DNA of 64,000 nt from Eremomyces bilateralis CBS 781.70 (Eukaryota): NCBI GenBank assembly GCA_010015585.1, contig ML975154.1; one strand, 5' to 3'. The notes beneath the pieces were generated by a model that ran no database searches, was not told the origin of the DNA, and saw nothing but the letters and a program-made list of their open reading frames with translations. Both the position numbers and the translations under genes were made by a program. Each line of letters starts with the position of its first letter. Position 1 is the first letter of the stretch. Of the stretch, positions 12,373 to 24,862 are shown piece by piece.

Positions 12373-13259
12373 AATTTGGTATTGGGATCTGGACCGGCAA
12401 GATGTTGAACTCCTCCACAAGGAGTACAAATCGGCCCCGCGAAATGGAGGAAGCGGAAAAGGTTTACTGGCGCACTGCGATACAAGAACGCTGTCATCTA
12501 AGTATGAATTTTCTGCAGCGGTGCTTGCTCTTTGGTCTGCTTTTCGCTTGAGATTCCGGGTAGTGGAGTTCGCTTTCTTGATCTGCGATGATCTCCTCTG
12601 GAGGCCTCTCTGCTGTGCCTTGTGGATAGTTTGGGATAATTGGCAGCTCCACGATCGCGAGCCATGAGGAGCGCATTATCAAACTTCAAACTCTCAAACC
12701 ATGACATCACATCGGGATACGAATGAATGGATGTTAGTAGCAAAACACAATACGAAGAACGCGTGTCCAATACTGTAGCCGATATTTTCCTCCTGTTTCC
12801 AAATTCCAATGGGTCGTTTCTTCGGGTGTTGCAGTGGCTGCAAGGCATAGTAGAGCTGTGCTAATAATATAGACGTTGTGACGTTCTGGACCAGATATTT
12901 CAGCTTGAGTCTCGCTTCATTCAAAGGATGTTTCCCCGATTTTACTGATCAATTCCATCCTAGGTGCGAGAATGCGAGAGAGGAGGGCCGTAGCATAAAG
13001 AGTCTGCCTTGGTTGTGGCTCAGCAGAGGCGGTTCAGAACAAACATGGCATTGATGGGCGAGTGGTGCAGTTATGTACCTCGACAATGATATATCGGGAA
13101 GAGGAGCCGATCGACACCCGAAACCCCGTTTTGGGATATCAAGAGCTAGGAAGGTGATGTTATTGACATCAGCCATAGCCAAATATTACGATTTACGAAA
13201 TGACTCATGCTTGCCGTTTCTTGAGAGCAAGATACGAAATCGATGTCGTCGGATTGGGG

Positions 13260-13267
13260 TATATAAA
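13260..13267 (+). promoter_or_regulatory. TATA box of the small secreted protein gene
   Basis: TATATAAA about 165 nt upstream of ATG 13429. Confidence 0.5.
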
Positions 13268-13428
13268 GATGGACGATCTAGGGTGAAGGAGACTCGAATC
13301 TCATCAGACAACATCAAAGCAAACGCAAGGAATATCTCAAAGCTCAAACCTCAGTCTTTACAGAGCCTTTACATTATCTCGATGAGATTCTCGACAATCC
13401 CTCAAACCTGAACATCTCTTTCTTGAAA

Positions 13429-13926
13429 ATGCATTACGCCTCGATTCTCAACGTCCTCACTCTCATCTTTTCCTTCACTTCTGCAGCTCCGGTCGCCGAT
13501 CCTCAGCCTGAAGCAGCCGCTGCCCCCCAGTCCGACAGCGGTGGCTCTAGCATTGGAGGGCCATCAATTGGGGAACTGGCCTGGTGCTTGGTCCCATGGC
13601 ACTTGATCGCCTGCAACACCGCGAACAATCTCGCGGACACTGCGGCCGCAGAAGCCGGGAATCTCTACCCGCAGAGCTCCCTCCATAACGGCAAAGGCGA
13701 TGCGTTCCGCCACTGCTATTGGAACGCTCTCATGGTGATCGAAATTGGCGGAAGCGACGCGAAGAGCATCGCCGATAATCATGAGCAAGGATCGAGTGGG
13801 CGGGAGAAGGATATGGACTTGAAGAACAATGCGAGCGGCCGCAGGATTGGAAACGGGGCGACGAAGGAGGGGGCGAAGAATGGCTGCAAAGCCGCGGCGG
13901 ATAATGGCGATCTGGTCGTCCTTTGA
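13429..13926 (+). CDS. Secreted 165-aa protein with DUF6973-like / minimal-Wnt (Lipocone) domain
   Basis: Intronless ORF; signal peptide MHYASILNVLTLIFSFTSA then APVADPQPEA pro-region; core NGKGDAFRHCYWNALM...ADNHE...EKDMDLKNNASGRRIG; 4 Cys. Confidence 0.8.
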   Translation: MHYASILNVLTLIFSFTSAAPVADPQPEAAAAPQSDSGGSSIGGPSIGELAWCLVPWHLIACNTANNLADTAAAEAGNLYPQSSLHNGKGDAFRHCYWNALMVIEIGGSDAKSIADNHEQGSSGREKDMDLKNNASGRRIGNGATKEGAKNGCKAAADNGDLVVL

Positions 13927-16247
13927 TTGATGTCTACTGGATGGGTCTTGAGCCATACTTGAGCCTTTTATGCTCCATCGGATCATGTTTCGTGCTTGTT
14001 ACGTTCTATTGCATTGGTCCACCCCACTTCGTCCGGGAATGGTGTTTTCGGAGTTTACCAACTTTGTCATCCCCTTTCAAGCAAGTATCATGTACCTCTC
14101 GCATCCAATGAAGGTTTCGAGGTGACATTTCTGCTCTGGTCTTGTCTGTAAGTGACATTATATGAGAGCCTCCAATGATACTTACTACCGTAAGGTAGTT
14201 CAAGATGCCGAATGCTACCTCACCAGCACATTTCCGGTCCTCTAAACACCCACTTCATTAACACCTATACTCGATGAGCAAAACCTTTATGCTAAGGATC
14301 GTAAATGAGTACCTGTAGCACTTGAATGATGTAGAATTACCGCTTTGGGATTCACTAAAAGCTCGGAAGCCCAATCAAATTACCCTCTCGGCGTGAAGCG
14401 TAAGGTATCAAATCGACTAATGAAGCACGCACACCACTAGGACAGTTCTTACCGTATATTAACAGCAGTGTGCCGGTTCGCGTGACTAGATTTCCGTCTG
14501 TTAATTAGTATTCCATAAGCTACGAAGAAAGTCCGGTATTACTAATCAATTCTTTTATTTCCTGTACAATATGAGCGGAAACATGGTAAGAACACAAGCA
14601 CAAATGATAGCGTCGGTGGTAGCATGGGGCATCCAAGCAGGAACCCGCTTTTAACTGTGGCGGCAATAAGGTGAGCAGAGGGTAGTAGTGTGCTTGTGGC
14701 TCCCACTGGACGATCTCATGCACCTACGGAATACATCGTACCGAAATTCGCAAGTCGGCATCATGTTTCGAATGAAAGTCATCTAACATTCGCATGTAGT
14801 AGCGTTGAATTGTTTCCCGAAACCATCTCCTCGCGTGGGCCGTGGAAAGGATCTTAGGGGCTTTGGCAAGCCCCCTATTCCGATCCAGGGAGTGGAGAGT
14901 AGATCAGCACTGTGAGTTACTTTACAATGCATCCTGAATTACACCGAGTTAACCGCTTCGCAGTGGGAAGAGAAAGGCATCCCTTGGTGAACCATCGCGG
15001 TCCTCGAAGAGACAGTGTCCGAATTCCAATGAGATCCTGGTGCCCTGGGTGGCTCGACCACCACTGGACGACTGCGTCTGGAAAACAGACATGAATCAAC
15101 TATGTCCCGGGAGCTTCCTTGGTCGGAAGTGTGCGCGAACAGTTGTTTCTATAGTATTCACCTTTATCCTCGATACGCGAACCCAGATGTAAGTCGCTTC
15201 TACTATCCGCAGTCAGTTCATGAGTAATGTGGAATCCCTTTAGAATTTCGACTGCGATCTTCGATCGTGGCCCCATGTGGATACCTTCCGCGACGGTCCT
15301 GGCTGTCGACTAGGGACCTGGCGTTACTCGTTGATCCATCAGTGTTTCGTATGCAAAAGCTTGAAACCTACGGGCAAGATCGAGTGTCCTGAAATGGGGG
15401 TTTGCCCGAAATCTCACCGCCGCCAGGAGCTCATGAACACCATGTGGGACCGGTTCTCAGCTCATGTTGCGATGAATAATGAACGTTAGATGGCCTGTCA
15501 GTTCGAGGCAAATGCTAGTCAAGGGACGACGGAGGATCTCAATCCAGCCGATCGAGCCAAACGCGCAGCACGACGACGATGACTGGGAGATGTTGTCGAG
15601 AACCTGTTGTGGAGGGCGAGAGTCGGTCCATGGGTTGTTGGTAGTTCTTGTTGGAGAGATTCTGCGGACTCATGTCGTCGAACTATGGCAGTTCTATTCT
15701 GGTGCGGTTGATAGCGTGGATGGATACATGTCCTGATACTATGCCCGCATCGGGGACATTCGACAGTTGTCCTTGCGGTCATCTGCCGTCCATGAAGAGG
15801 AAGGAGAGAAGAAAGGCGAAAGGAGCGGGTTGTTCTGGCTACGATGGGCAATGGATGTAGTAATCACACGTTTCGAATCAAGTTCGCTCAACTCGCAAGC
15901 CAATATGCACGGTTGGATGTGATCTATCTCTATTGATCTCCCTAATTGTACAATGCCCGGGGCGATCTATGCTCAGGCGTTCCTGAATTGTGCATCTCTA
16001 TTCGCAATCCCCGCCCGGACTGCCGATCCAAAAACGGTCGTTTCTTCGTCCGATCCCTCCCCAAGCGCCGATGCCTACCGATAATAGACCGCTGCAACCA
16101 GCGGAGTGATTTCCCCCATCCTGACACCCTCCCTAGCCATCGCAGGATAGGGTTCTTCCACGCGACGCCATAGCCCGGTCGGCGCCGGTGCCATCATGCG
16201 GCTTCCGATGTTCTTCATGGTGTGACAAGCCCAGTGTCCATCACCGT

Positions 16248-17501
16248 TCATCCCAGGTTATCGTTATTCAACGCCCGCTTCACCTTCCGGCACTTCACTT
16301 TTAGCAACCGCACGCTCTCCAAAAACAGTTCATCGCTCTCCAACTGCCCCGTGCTCTCGACGTGGTAGATGAAGTGATCCTGGATCCGCCCCAACTTCAC
16401 CTTATCCTTGAACTCGTCGTGCCGCAAGCACTCCCGACTAACCGTATCCTTCATCGGGTCCGCCACAATCGCCTTGAACTCCCCCTCGTGGCCCTCGTAG
16501 CCACTCCCCTCTCGGCTGGCCTCCTCGGCGGAGACGCGGTCGAGGGCGATAACGCCGCGGGGGAAGCAGCGGGCGAATTTCTTGGCGTCGGCAGCGAGGA
16601 TGGGGCGGAGGATGCGGATGTGCGGGAGGAGGCGGTAGGAGGCGGTGGCAACGGGTGAGAATTTGGCGTGGTCAGCGCCGATGCCTTTGATGCAGCGGAG
16701 CTCCATGTCGATTTCTTGGCCGGGGCGGAGTTTCGCTATCAGGATGTCGGGGTTAGCGGAGACGACGGGCACGCCGTTGAAGCGCTGCTCTTGTTGGCCG
16801 ATGGGTTCGAAGGTGAGGTGGTGGGCGTAGACTGGCGTCATGGATTAGCGTAGTTCGACATAGAGTAACATGCTTCATACCATTGGAGTCGATGTAGAGC
16901 TTCTTTGGGTCCGTCTCTCCCCGTGCTGCCAGATCTTTCCCGTTTGGTTGCCATTTGCACCGCACCTGGAGCTTGAGGACCACCGTATTATAGTCGTTCT
17001 CTTCACTGAACCCCTTTCTAAACCAATGTAGCCAACGCAGTCCCTCTGTGGAGCCTTTGAGAGGGATCAGCCCCAGACGATGCGCCAGGACCTCGTCCTG
17101 GATGATGGAGGTGTTGTTGAAGATGTAGACATTTTCGATGGCAAGGGACGGAACCTCTGCGATGAGAATCCGGCGGAATGCGTTGGCGATGGAGGCGTCG
17201 ACTCCAATGAGGGAGAAGGAGGAGTCGTACGGCTGGTTGGTGTGGAACTTGACTTTCAAATTCTGGAAAGAATCAGCCCTGTGTCTGGAAATGGCACACA
17301 ATTGGTACATACCTGATTAAACTCCTCCAGGTTCCAGGAATTGTCCTCTCCATAGTAGTGGCCGGGGAAGTCGGTGGAGGTGATATTGCTAACAGTCTCC
17401 GCGTTGACATTGACGATCTGTGGCAGTTAGACATTGTATATCCAATAGGGCGTAGTACCAACCTTTCTCTCTAGAATCTCTTCCTCATTTGCCTTCACCA
17501 T
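16248..17501 (-). CDS. RPC40: DNA-directed RNA polymerases I and III subunit AC40 (RPAC1)
   Basis: Four exons: [13 protein letters not shown] / [21 protein letters not shown] / [40 protein letters not shown] / [39 protein letters not shown]; canonical introns. Confidence 0.97.
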
Positions 17502-17853
17502 GGTGCCTTCCGTAGTATCTTCCGTGAGATCTTCCGTGGGATCTTTGGTGGGATTAGCAGGGCGAAACCATTGCCAGTTGGAGGGGATAATTTTCGTGAA
17601 GAACGACATTGTCAATGCGGAAGGAACGATCGGAGCAGTCCACCGAGAATGGTTTAACCGAAGAATAACCGTTGCTGGAGCCTCTCCGCCTATGACAACC
17701 TCAACTTTGGAAATCCATGAGAAGGAACAAACAGCAGACAAGGCCAACTGTGCGGCATTGAATCTCGCCCGTCGCGTGCAACACATTTCGATTCACCTTC
17801 GGGCTCCCTCCTACGGACAGTCATCCATAGACAACTGACTGTCCCTGCCCACC

Positions 17854-19366
17854 ATGTCCGCTTCCGTCACCCGTGCTGCCCGGCACACCGCGAAGCAGCT
17901 CAGCTTGCGACCAAAGCGAGCCCAATGCCACTCCATCCTCCGAAATCAATTGCGAAGCATATCCCACACCTCAAGAAAGCAAGCCGAGCTATATGGCCCG
18001 ACTCGCTTGATCGCCACCGATGAACGCTTTGTCCCACCTGCCAACGACGCCGAGGGACCTCTACAGGGCGCTGCCGATCCTGCTGAACAGCTGGAGGGAC
18101 GAAAAGTCCGCCATTACACCGTCAACTTTGGGCCACAGCATCCGGCCGCGCACGGCGTGTTGCGGTTGATTTTGGAGCTGAATGGCGAGGAGATCGTGCG
18201 GGCGGATCCGCATGTCGGGCTGCTCCATCGCGGCACCGAGAAGCTGATCGAGTATCGGACGTATCTGCAGGCGTTGCCGTATTTCGATCGGCTGGACTAC
18301 GTCTCGATGATGACGAACGAGCAGTGCTACTCGCTTGCCGTGGAGAAGCTGCTGAACGTCGAGATTCCGGACCGGGCGAAATGGATCCGAACGTTGTTTG
18401 GGGAGATTACTCGCATTCTGAACCATCTCATGTCGGTCCTGTCCCACGCAATGGACGTTGGCGCGTTGACTCCTTTCCTGTGGGGCTTCGAGGAACGAGA
18501 GAAGCTTATGGTACGCACACGGGGGATCTAGGTCAACGATCAACTGCTAACCGCATCCAGGAATTCTACGAGCGTGTGTCCGGAGCTCGACTACACGCTG
18601 CCTACGTCCGACCAGGTGGCGTCAGCCAGGACATCCCGATCGGCCTCCTGGATGATATCTACCAATGGGCCACCCAATTCGGCGACCGTATCGACGAAAC
18701 CGAAGAGCTCCTGACCGATAACCGGATCTGGATCGGCCGCCTCAAAGGCATCGGCGTAGTCACCGCTGCCGAAGCCCTGAACTACTCGTTCACCGGCCCT
18801 ATGCTCCGCGGCTCGGGTGTGCCGTGGGACATCCGCAAGTCGCAGCCCTACGACGCCTACGACCAGGTGGAGTTCGACGTGCCCGTCGGCGTCAATGGCG
18901 ACTGCTACGACCGCTATCTCGTCCGTATGGAGGAGTTCCGCCAGTCGCTGCGCATCATCCATCAATGCTTGAACAAGATGCCGCCCGGCCCGGTCAAGGT
19001 CGAGGACTACAAGATTTCGCCACCCCCGCGCGCGGCTATGAAGGAGAATATGGAGGCGCTGATTCATCACTTTTTGCTGTTCAGCAAGGGCTACGCGGTG
19101 CCGCCGGGTGAGACGTATAGTGCCATTGAGGCACCGAAGGGGGAGATGGGAGTCTATCTGATCAGTGATGGAACTGAGAGGCCGTATCGATGCCACATCC
19201 GCGCACCCGGGTTCGCTCATTTGGGGTGCCTGGATCAGTTGTCAAGAGGGCATCTTCTGGCTGACGTGGTGGCGGTCATTGGCACGTCGGATCTGGTACG
19301 TGTCCGTCCTCAATATTCAAGTGTTTTACTAACGTTGTCTAGGTGTTCGGTGAGATTGATCGATGA
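17854..19366 (+). CDS. NDUFS2: NADH:ubiquinone oxidoreductase 49 kDa subunit, mitochondrial precursor
   Basis: Basic presequence; [49 protein letters not shown]; introns at about 18511-18560 and 19296-19342; ends VFGEIDR-stop. Confidence 0.98.
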
Positions 19367-19478
19367 AAAGGTGGTAGAGGACTTGATTCCGTGGCTTTGT
19401 AAATACACTTGCGACATTGGCGTCTGCCGGATGGTGACCTGTATAACTATTCGACGGGTCGCCAAATAGCGAACATCT

Positions 19479-20721
19479 TCAACGTTCATCCTCGTTCTCT
19501 TCCTTCGCGAACAGTTTCCCGATCGCTTCAACCGTGGTATTCCCACCACTAAAGACCACACAGATATTCCACCCCTGCTCCCCCCCCTCCTGCTCCACCC
19601 GTCGCCGGAAGTCCTCGTTGAACAGCACCACCGCAAGCGGCACCGCCGACGACGGCTCAATGACCACCTTCATCCGCTCCAGTACCAACCTCATCGCCGC
19701 CAGGATCTGCCCCTCCGTCACCGCAAACACCCCCCCAACCTTCTCCCTGTCGCTAATCACACTCCACGGATACACCCCCACTGGTGTCCGCAACCCATCC
19801 GCAATCGTAAGCGTTTTGACTTCCGTAACCCGCTCCGGCGGGTCAGCAGCGAGTCCTCTCCTCCCATCATCTCCCCCCTGAAACGACGGCTCGGCTCCAA
19901 ACACGCGGATCCCCGTCCCAGATAACGCGGTTGCAATCCCCGACAGCATCCCCCCGCCCCCCAGCGGCGCAACCACCGCGTCCAACTTCCCCCCGCTCCC
20001 CGCGTCCAACATCAAACCCACCTGCTCCTCCACCTCCAGAGCCAGCGTCCCCTGCCCAAGGATAATATACGGATGATCATACGGCGGGACCATTGTCGCT
20101 CCCGTCCTTGCCATCACCTCCGCCGCGACGGCTTCCCGCTCGGGGGCCGTGGAGCCGCTGAAGACGATCTCGGCGCCGTGGCTGCGGGTGGCAGCGATCT
20201 TGTTGGGCATGCTGATGCGCGGCATGACGATGTAGGCGGGGGCACCGCGGCGCTTGGCGGCGAGAGCGAGGGCGGCGGCGTGGTTTCCTGAGGGGAGGTG
20301 AGATTTGGGAATATGGCGTGGACAGACAATTGGGTAGAGGGGTTCAAATATAGGAGAGAAGCATAGGCAGAAGCTGGGGAATTGAATCGATTAGTAAAAT
20401 ACCTGAACTATGCGTGACCACCCCCTTCGCCAACTCCTCATCTCCCAGCCGCTGCAAGAAACTCGTCGCCCCACGCAGCTTAAAGGCGCCGATCGTCTGT
20501 AGATTTTCGCACTTAAAAAACAGATTAATTTTTGGACGAGCCGGATCTCTCCCTATCCATTCCGTTCTCGCCAACGCCTCCGCAGACTGCGGGGTGGAGG
20601 CGAGGGCGGAGAGGGTGGTGCATGTCAGGATGGGGGTGCGCTTGATGAAGTCGCGGATGAGGAGGTGGGTTTTTTGGGCTTCGGAGCGGATGAGGGGGGG
20701 GAGGGTGTCGACTTGCACCAT
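19479..20721 (-). CDS. PLP-dependent serine racemase / threonine dehydratase family enzyme (SRY1-like)
   Basis: FKCENLQTIGAFKLRGA (PLP lysine), THSSGNH across one intron, GGGGMLSG, TIADGLRT, VIEPSSAV, SGGN. Confidence 0.93.
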
Positions 20722-21134
20722 CTTTATTATTTACATTCAAATTCGAAATCTATTGGGATCTATTCGTGTAGATAGGAATTGGATTTCGCGATGGCGACAT
20801 TGACTGATCGTGGATGGAGGGACATTCAATTTGATAGTGAGGTGTCAAGGCTGCAAGACCCTGGATATTTCAGGCATCCAGTCTCATTTCTTAGCGTACC
20901 AAACCCCCCTGTAGAAAAAGTTGCCCCCAGCCGCGAAAACTCCAGTTGCGCTGTTAAACATCGATATCTGGAAACTTTCCATCACCAGACTTCCTACCAT
21001 CTACTATTCACTCGAGTAGAATTCATTCACTCGATACCCAGTATTCTTTTCTCGACGTTCTTTCATTGATTATCGTCATCTAATTGCCTCTCGCTTGACC
21101 TTCCCTCCACCTCCTTTCCTCTCAGGTCGCCGAT

Positions 21135-23410
21135 ATGCATCGAGCATTATCGCGCTGCCAGAGTGCAGGAATTACCTCTGCACTCCTTCGCAATGTCCGA
21201 GTCGCGCGGATAGCCGGGCTCCAACGTGTTGCTGCGGCACCGTCCACTGCTTTCATCCCATCCGCATCACGATTCCTCCACATCCAACAGTCATTGAGAC
21301 AGACCGCCGAGGCGACGAGGTCGCACGAACCATCGGTCGACTACCATGGACCGATCTCCCGCTTCGAAGAACTCGGGGAGCGGGGCATGGCGCATCCGGC
21401 CATCGTGCAGGCGTTGACCAAGCAGATGGGCTTGGAGAACATGACGGACGTGCAGGCGGCGACCGTGGGCAAAGCGTTGTCGGGCATTGATATGTACGAA
21501 CTCCTTGCTGGCAGTACTCAAGTGGATATGAACTGACAATCAACAGGGCCGCGCAGGCGAGAACCGGAACGGGCAAGACCCTCGCGTTCCTCGTGCCCAT
21601 CCTCCACCGCATCATCGAAGAGAACCCGGCGCTCGCAGCCCGGAGCTCGCACTCCCCGCTAGCCTCGATGGACGATTCACGCGCGCTGGTCATCTCTCCT
21701 ACGCGGGAGTTGGCCGAGCAGATCGCGGCGGAGGCGAGGCGACTGACTGCTAACACGAACGTAATCGTGCAAGTCGCGGTCGGAGGTTCGAATAAACGAG
21801 CGGCGCTGCAGGAAATGCGACGAAGGGGTTGCCATATTCTAGTGGCTACGCCGGGGCGATTGACGGATCTGTTGAGCGACGAGTACTCGGGCGTGAAGCT
21901 CTCGAAGCTCAATACCCTCGTCCTTGATGAGGCCGATCGACTTCTGGATGATGGATTTTGGCCGGAGATCATGCGGATCGAGAGATTCCTTCCGCAACGC
22001 AAAGAGCGACCGCGTCAAACCCTGCTGTTCTCTGCCACGATGCCGAGAGAGGTCTTGCAACTCTCTCGACAGCTGCTGCAACCCAAGCACGAGTTCATCC
22101 AGACCGTCAACGAGGACGAAGCGCCGACCCACGAGCGTGTCCCGCAGAAACTGGTGCGCGTGGATGGATACCAGAATTTGATGCCCGCGCTCTACGAGCT
22201 GCTCCTGCAAGGAAATGAGGCCGCCAAGAACGGCGGACGCCCCTTGAAGGCCATCGTCTTCTTCAACACCACCGCGGAAGTCGAACTCGGCTTCAGCATT
22301 TTCCGCAACCTCCGCCCGAAGGACGGCCGGTCGCCGCTCGCGCCCGCCCGCCTCTTCGAAATCCACTCCAAGCTCTCTCAGTTCCAACGCACCGCCGCGT
22401 CCGAAGGTTTCCGAAAGGTGGAATCCGGCATCATGTTCTCCTCCGACGTGTCGGCCCGCGGCATGGACTTCCCGAACGTCACGCACGTCATCCAGGTGCG
22501 CTGCCCCCGATCGACCGATACCTACATCCACCGCGTTGGCCGTACCGGGCGCGCGGGGAGGGAGGGTGAGAGCTGGGTCATTACCCCGAAGACCGACACC
22601 GCCATTCGCGGCACCCTGAAGGGCCTTCCGGTCAAAGCCGATAACTCCCTCGGCACCGCCACCCTGGACATGAAGCAACCCGCCGAACTTCCCAAACTCC
22701 AAGCCATGATCCTCAACGAGATCGGCGAAGCCAGCCGCTTCGTCGGCATGACCCAGAAGTCCTCCGTCTACACCGTCCTCATGAACATCAGCCTCGACAA
22801 TTCGCGCGATATGGAGGCCGGCGTCCAGGAGATCGTCGACCTGAGCAAATACGGCTGGGGCTTGCGATACCCCCCTGCGCTCTCCCGGTTCGTGCTCGGG
22901 AAGCTGCCGAGAGGAATCGACGTTTCCACCGTGTCTGGCCCGGCGACGCCAAGGGAGTCGGATGACCGCTCCTCGTTCCAAGACCGGCGCGGTGGGTCGC
23001 GCGGCGGGTTCGGGGGTCGCGACGGGGGCTCGCGCGGCGGGTTCCAGGACCGCAACAGCGGATCGCGCGGTGGGTTCAGAGATCGCGACGGCGGATCACG
23101 CGGCGGGTTCCAAGACCGCGGCAGCGGATCGCGCGGTGGGTTCAGAGATCGCGACGGCGGATCACGCGGCGGGTTCCAAGACCGCGGCAGCCGAGACTTC
23201 GGCAGTGCATATGGGTCGCGCTCCAACGATGCCAGTGGCGGCTTTTCCCGCGGGGGGGATGCCGGCGAGCGGGGCTCGTTCCCGCCGCGAAACAACGACC
23301 GGGGTGCGTACCCGCCACGAAGCGATCGACGATCGGATGGCGGACAGGGACGTGGTCGGGATGGCTCATCGGGCGGGTCGCGGAGGTATGAGAGCGGCGG
23401 ATTGTTCTGA
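21135..23410 (+). CDS. MSS116: Mitochondrial DEAD-box RNA helicase (Mss116/CYT-19 family)
   Basis: Arg-rich presequence; MTDVQ Q-motif; AQARTGTGKT after one intron; SPTRELA, ATPGRL, DEAD, SAT, ARGMDFP, HRVGRTGR; RGG-rich tail. Confidence 0.9.
22975..23190 (+). repeat. Coding tandem repeat, 66-nt unit made of two 33-nt subunits, encoding RGG repeats
   Basis: GTTCCA(A/G)GACC recurs at 22975, 23041, 23107, 23173; protein unit FQDRxSGSRGGFRDRDGGSRGG. Confidence 0.9.
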
Positions 23411-24118
23411 GCCGGGGTGAGGCTCGAAAATGCATGAAATCGTCTCTGGCCACCGATACCCGCTACGGCCGATTGTCATCTGTTCTGCATTTTGCTTCCA
23501 TTCCTCGCTATAAGGCGCTTCTCCTCTCCAGTTTGGCGTTGTAAGGACGTGGGGCGATTGGGCTATTTGAGTATCTACAAAAGTCTCGGAGTCATGGGCA
23601 TTTGGAGGTGCATACCACGGGTTGATTTGTGTGCTTGTGTAATATATATGTGTTAATAGATGGTTTGATAGGGGCCTTTTCGAACCGCGACGGACGGAAT
23701 CTTTACTTCTTTCTTGTCATTAGCTCGGCCTATATATTTATAGCAAATCTGTTATTTCAATGCTTCCCTTTCCGCCTGCATACGTGATACCCCTGAGTCC
23801 AGTCATCCCGTATTGAACAGCTTTGATAGAAGGTTCTGTGGCCGAAGTACTCGTTAAATGCTCAGCAAATATGATAGACCAGCCAAATCACTTCGGAACC
23901 CTTGAACTTTCATTTCATCATTATTGCAGGTAACGATCCGGAGTGGAAGAATTGATAAGGTTAAGAGGCGTATACGCTGGAGGCCAAACTCTCCCATCTT
24001 TGCCAGGTATTACCTGTTGAAAAGATATAATTCCTTCACACCTTCTTCAGCATAGTAAGTCGAGATCCTCCTTTTCGCGAGACTAGTGTCCGTCAACAGC
24101 GATAGCAGACGAATCAAC

Positions 24119-24862
24119 CTACTCGAACGTCACCAGATTATACGCCCCTCCCTTCTCCACCGCCCTCTTCCACGCCGGCCTCCCCACCACCCTCTGATAC
24201 CACCCTTCCACCTTCGGATACCTCTCCCGATCATAATACCCCCTCGCCCTTGCCACATCCGCACCCCAAATCATATTAAAGTCCGCCAACCCGAACTGTT
24301 CCCCCGCGAACCACGGCCGCTCCTCCGACAACGTCGCCTCCATTAAATCATAAATTGGCACCAGATCTTTCTTCCAATGAGCCACCACCGGGCCCGCTAC
24401 TGCTGCTACCGCGGGCGTCATTTCGAAGGCTAGAGTGAGCAACACCTTTATCGCGAGGGTGGCTTTGGCGAACTCGCGGAAAAAGAGGTCCTGGCGGTGG
24501 TCGGCGGCGTTCGTCGGATCGTACATCCCCTGGCCGTAGGTGTCGTGCAGCCATTCGAGGATGAGGCGGCTTTCAGCGAGGAGGGCGGGGTGGTGGGGGA
24601 GTTGGGGGAAGGGGGAAGGGGCGCCCGGTCCGTCGAGGGTGAGAACAGGGGATTTGCCGAGGGGGGAGACGGCGCGGAGGGCGGAGAGTTCGGTGGGGTT
24701 GTTGCGGTGGTAGATGTGGAGGTGGTAGTCGAGGCCGTGGGCTTCGTGGAGTTCTTCGAGCATGAAGAGAATGCGGTGGGATTGGGAGGAGGTGAGGTGG
24801 TGGAGGGTGGGGATGATGGTTTGGGGCGCCATGGTCTCTAATAGAAGCGGCTCTTGTTCCAT
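24119..24862 (-). CDS. Glutathione S-transferase (GTT1-like); start may be the second Met (MAPQ)
   Basis: LHHLTSSQSHRILFMLEEL, SPLGKSPVL, LAESRLILEWL, WFAGEQFGLADF, YPKVEGW..RPAWKRA. Confidence 0.9.
   Translation of the reverse strand: MEQEPLLLETMAPQTIIPTLHHLTSSQSHRILFMLEELHEAHGLDYHLHIYHRNNPTELSALRAVSPLGKSPVLTLDGPGAPSPFPQLPHHPALLAESRLILEWLHDTYGQGMYDPTNAADHRQDLFFREFAKATLAIKVLLTLAFEMTPAVAAVAGPVVAHWKKDLVPIYDLMEATLSEERPWFAGEQFGLADFNMIWGADVARARGYYDRERYPKVEGWYQRVVGRPAWKRAVEKGGAYNLVTFE

Noticed and set aside
7951..13926. Secondary-metabolite cluster around the P450
   Set aside because: No PKS, NRPS, terpene synthase, prenyltransferase or repeat-type RiPP precursor visible in the window.
14200..16200. 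Cluster of 60-110 aa ORFs
   Set aside because: No homology recognised; consistent with chance ORFs.
17854..19366. Complex I subunit as a mitochondrial insertion or bacterial nuoD
   Set aside because: Has spliceosomal introns, a presequence and nuclear codon usage; ordinary nuclear gene.
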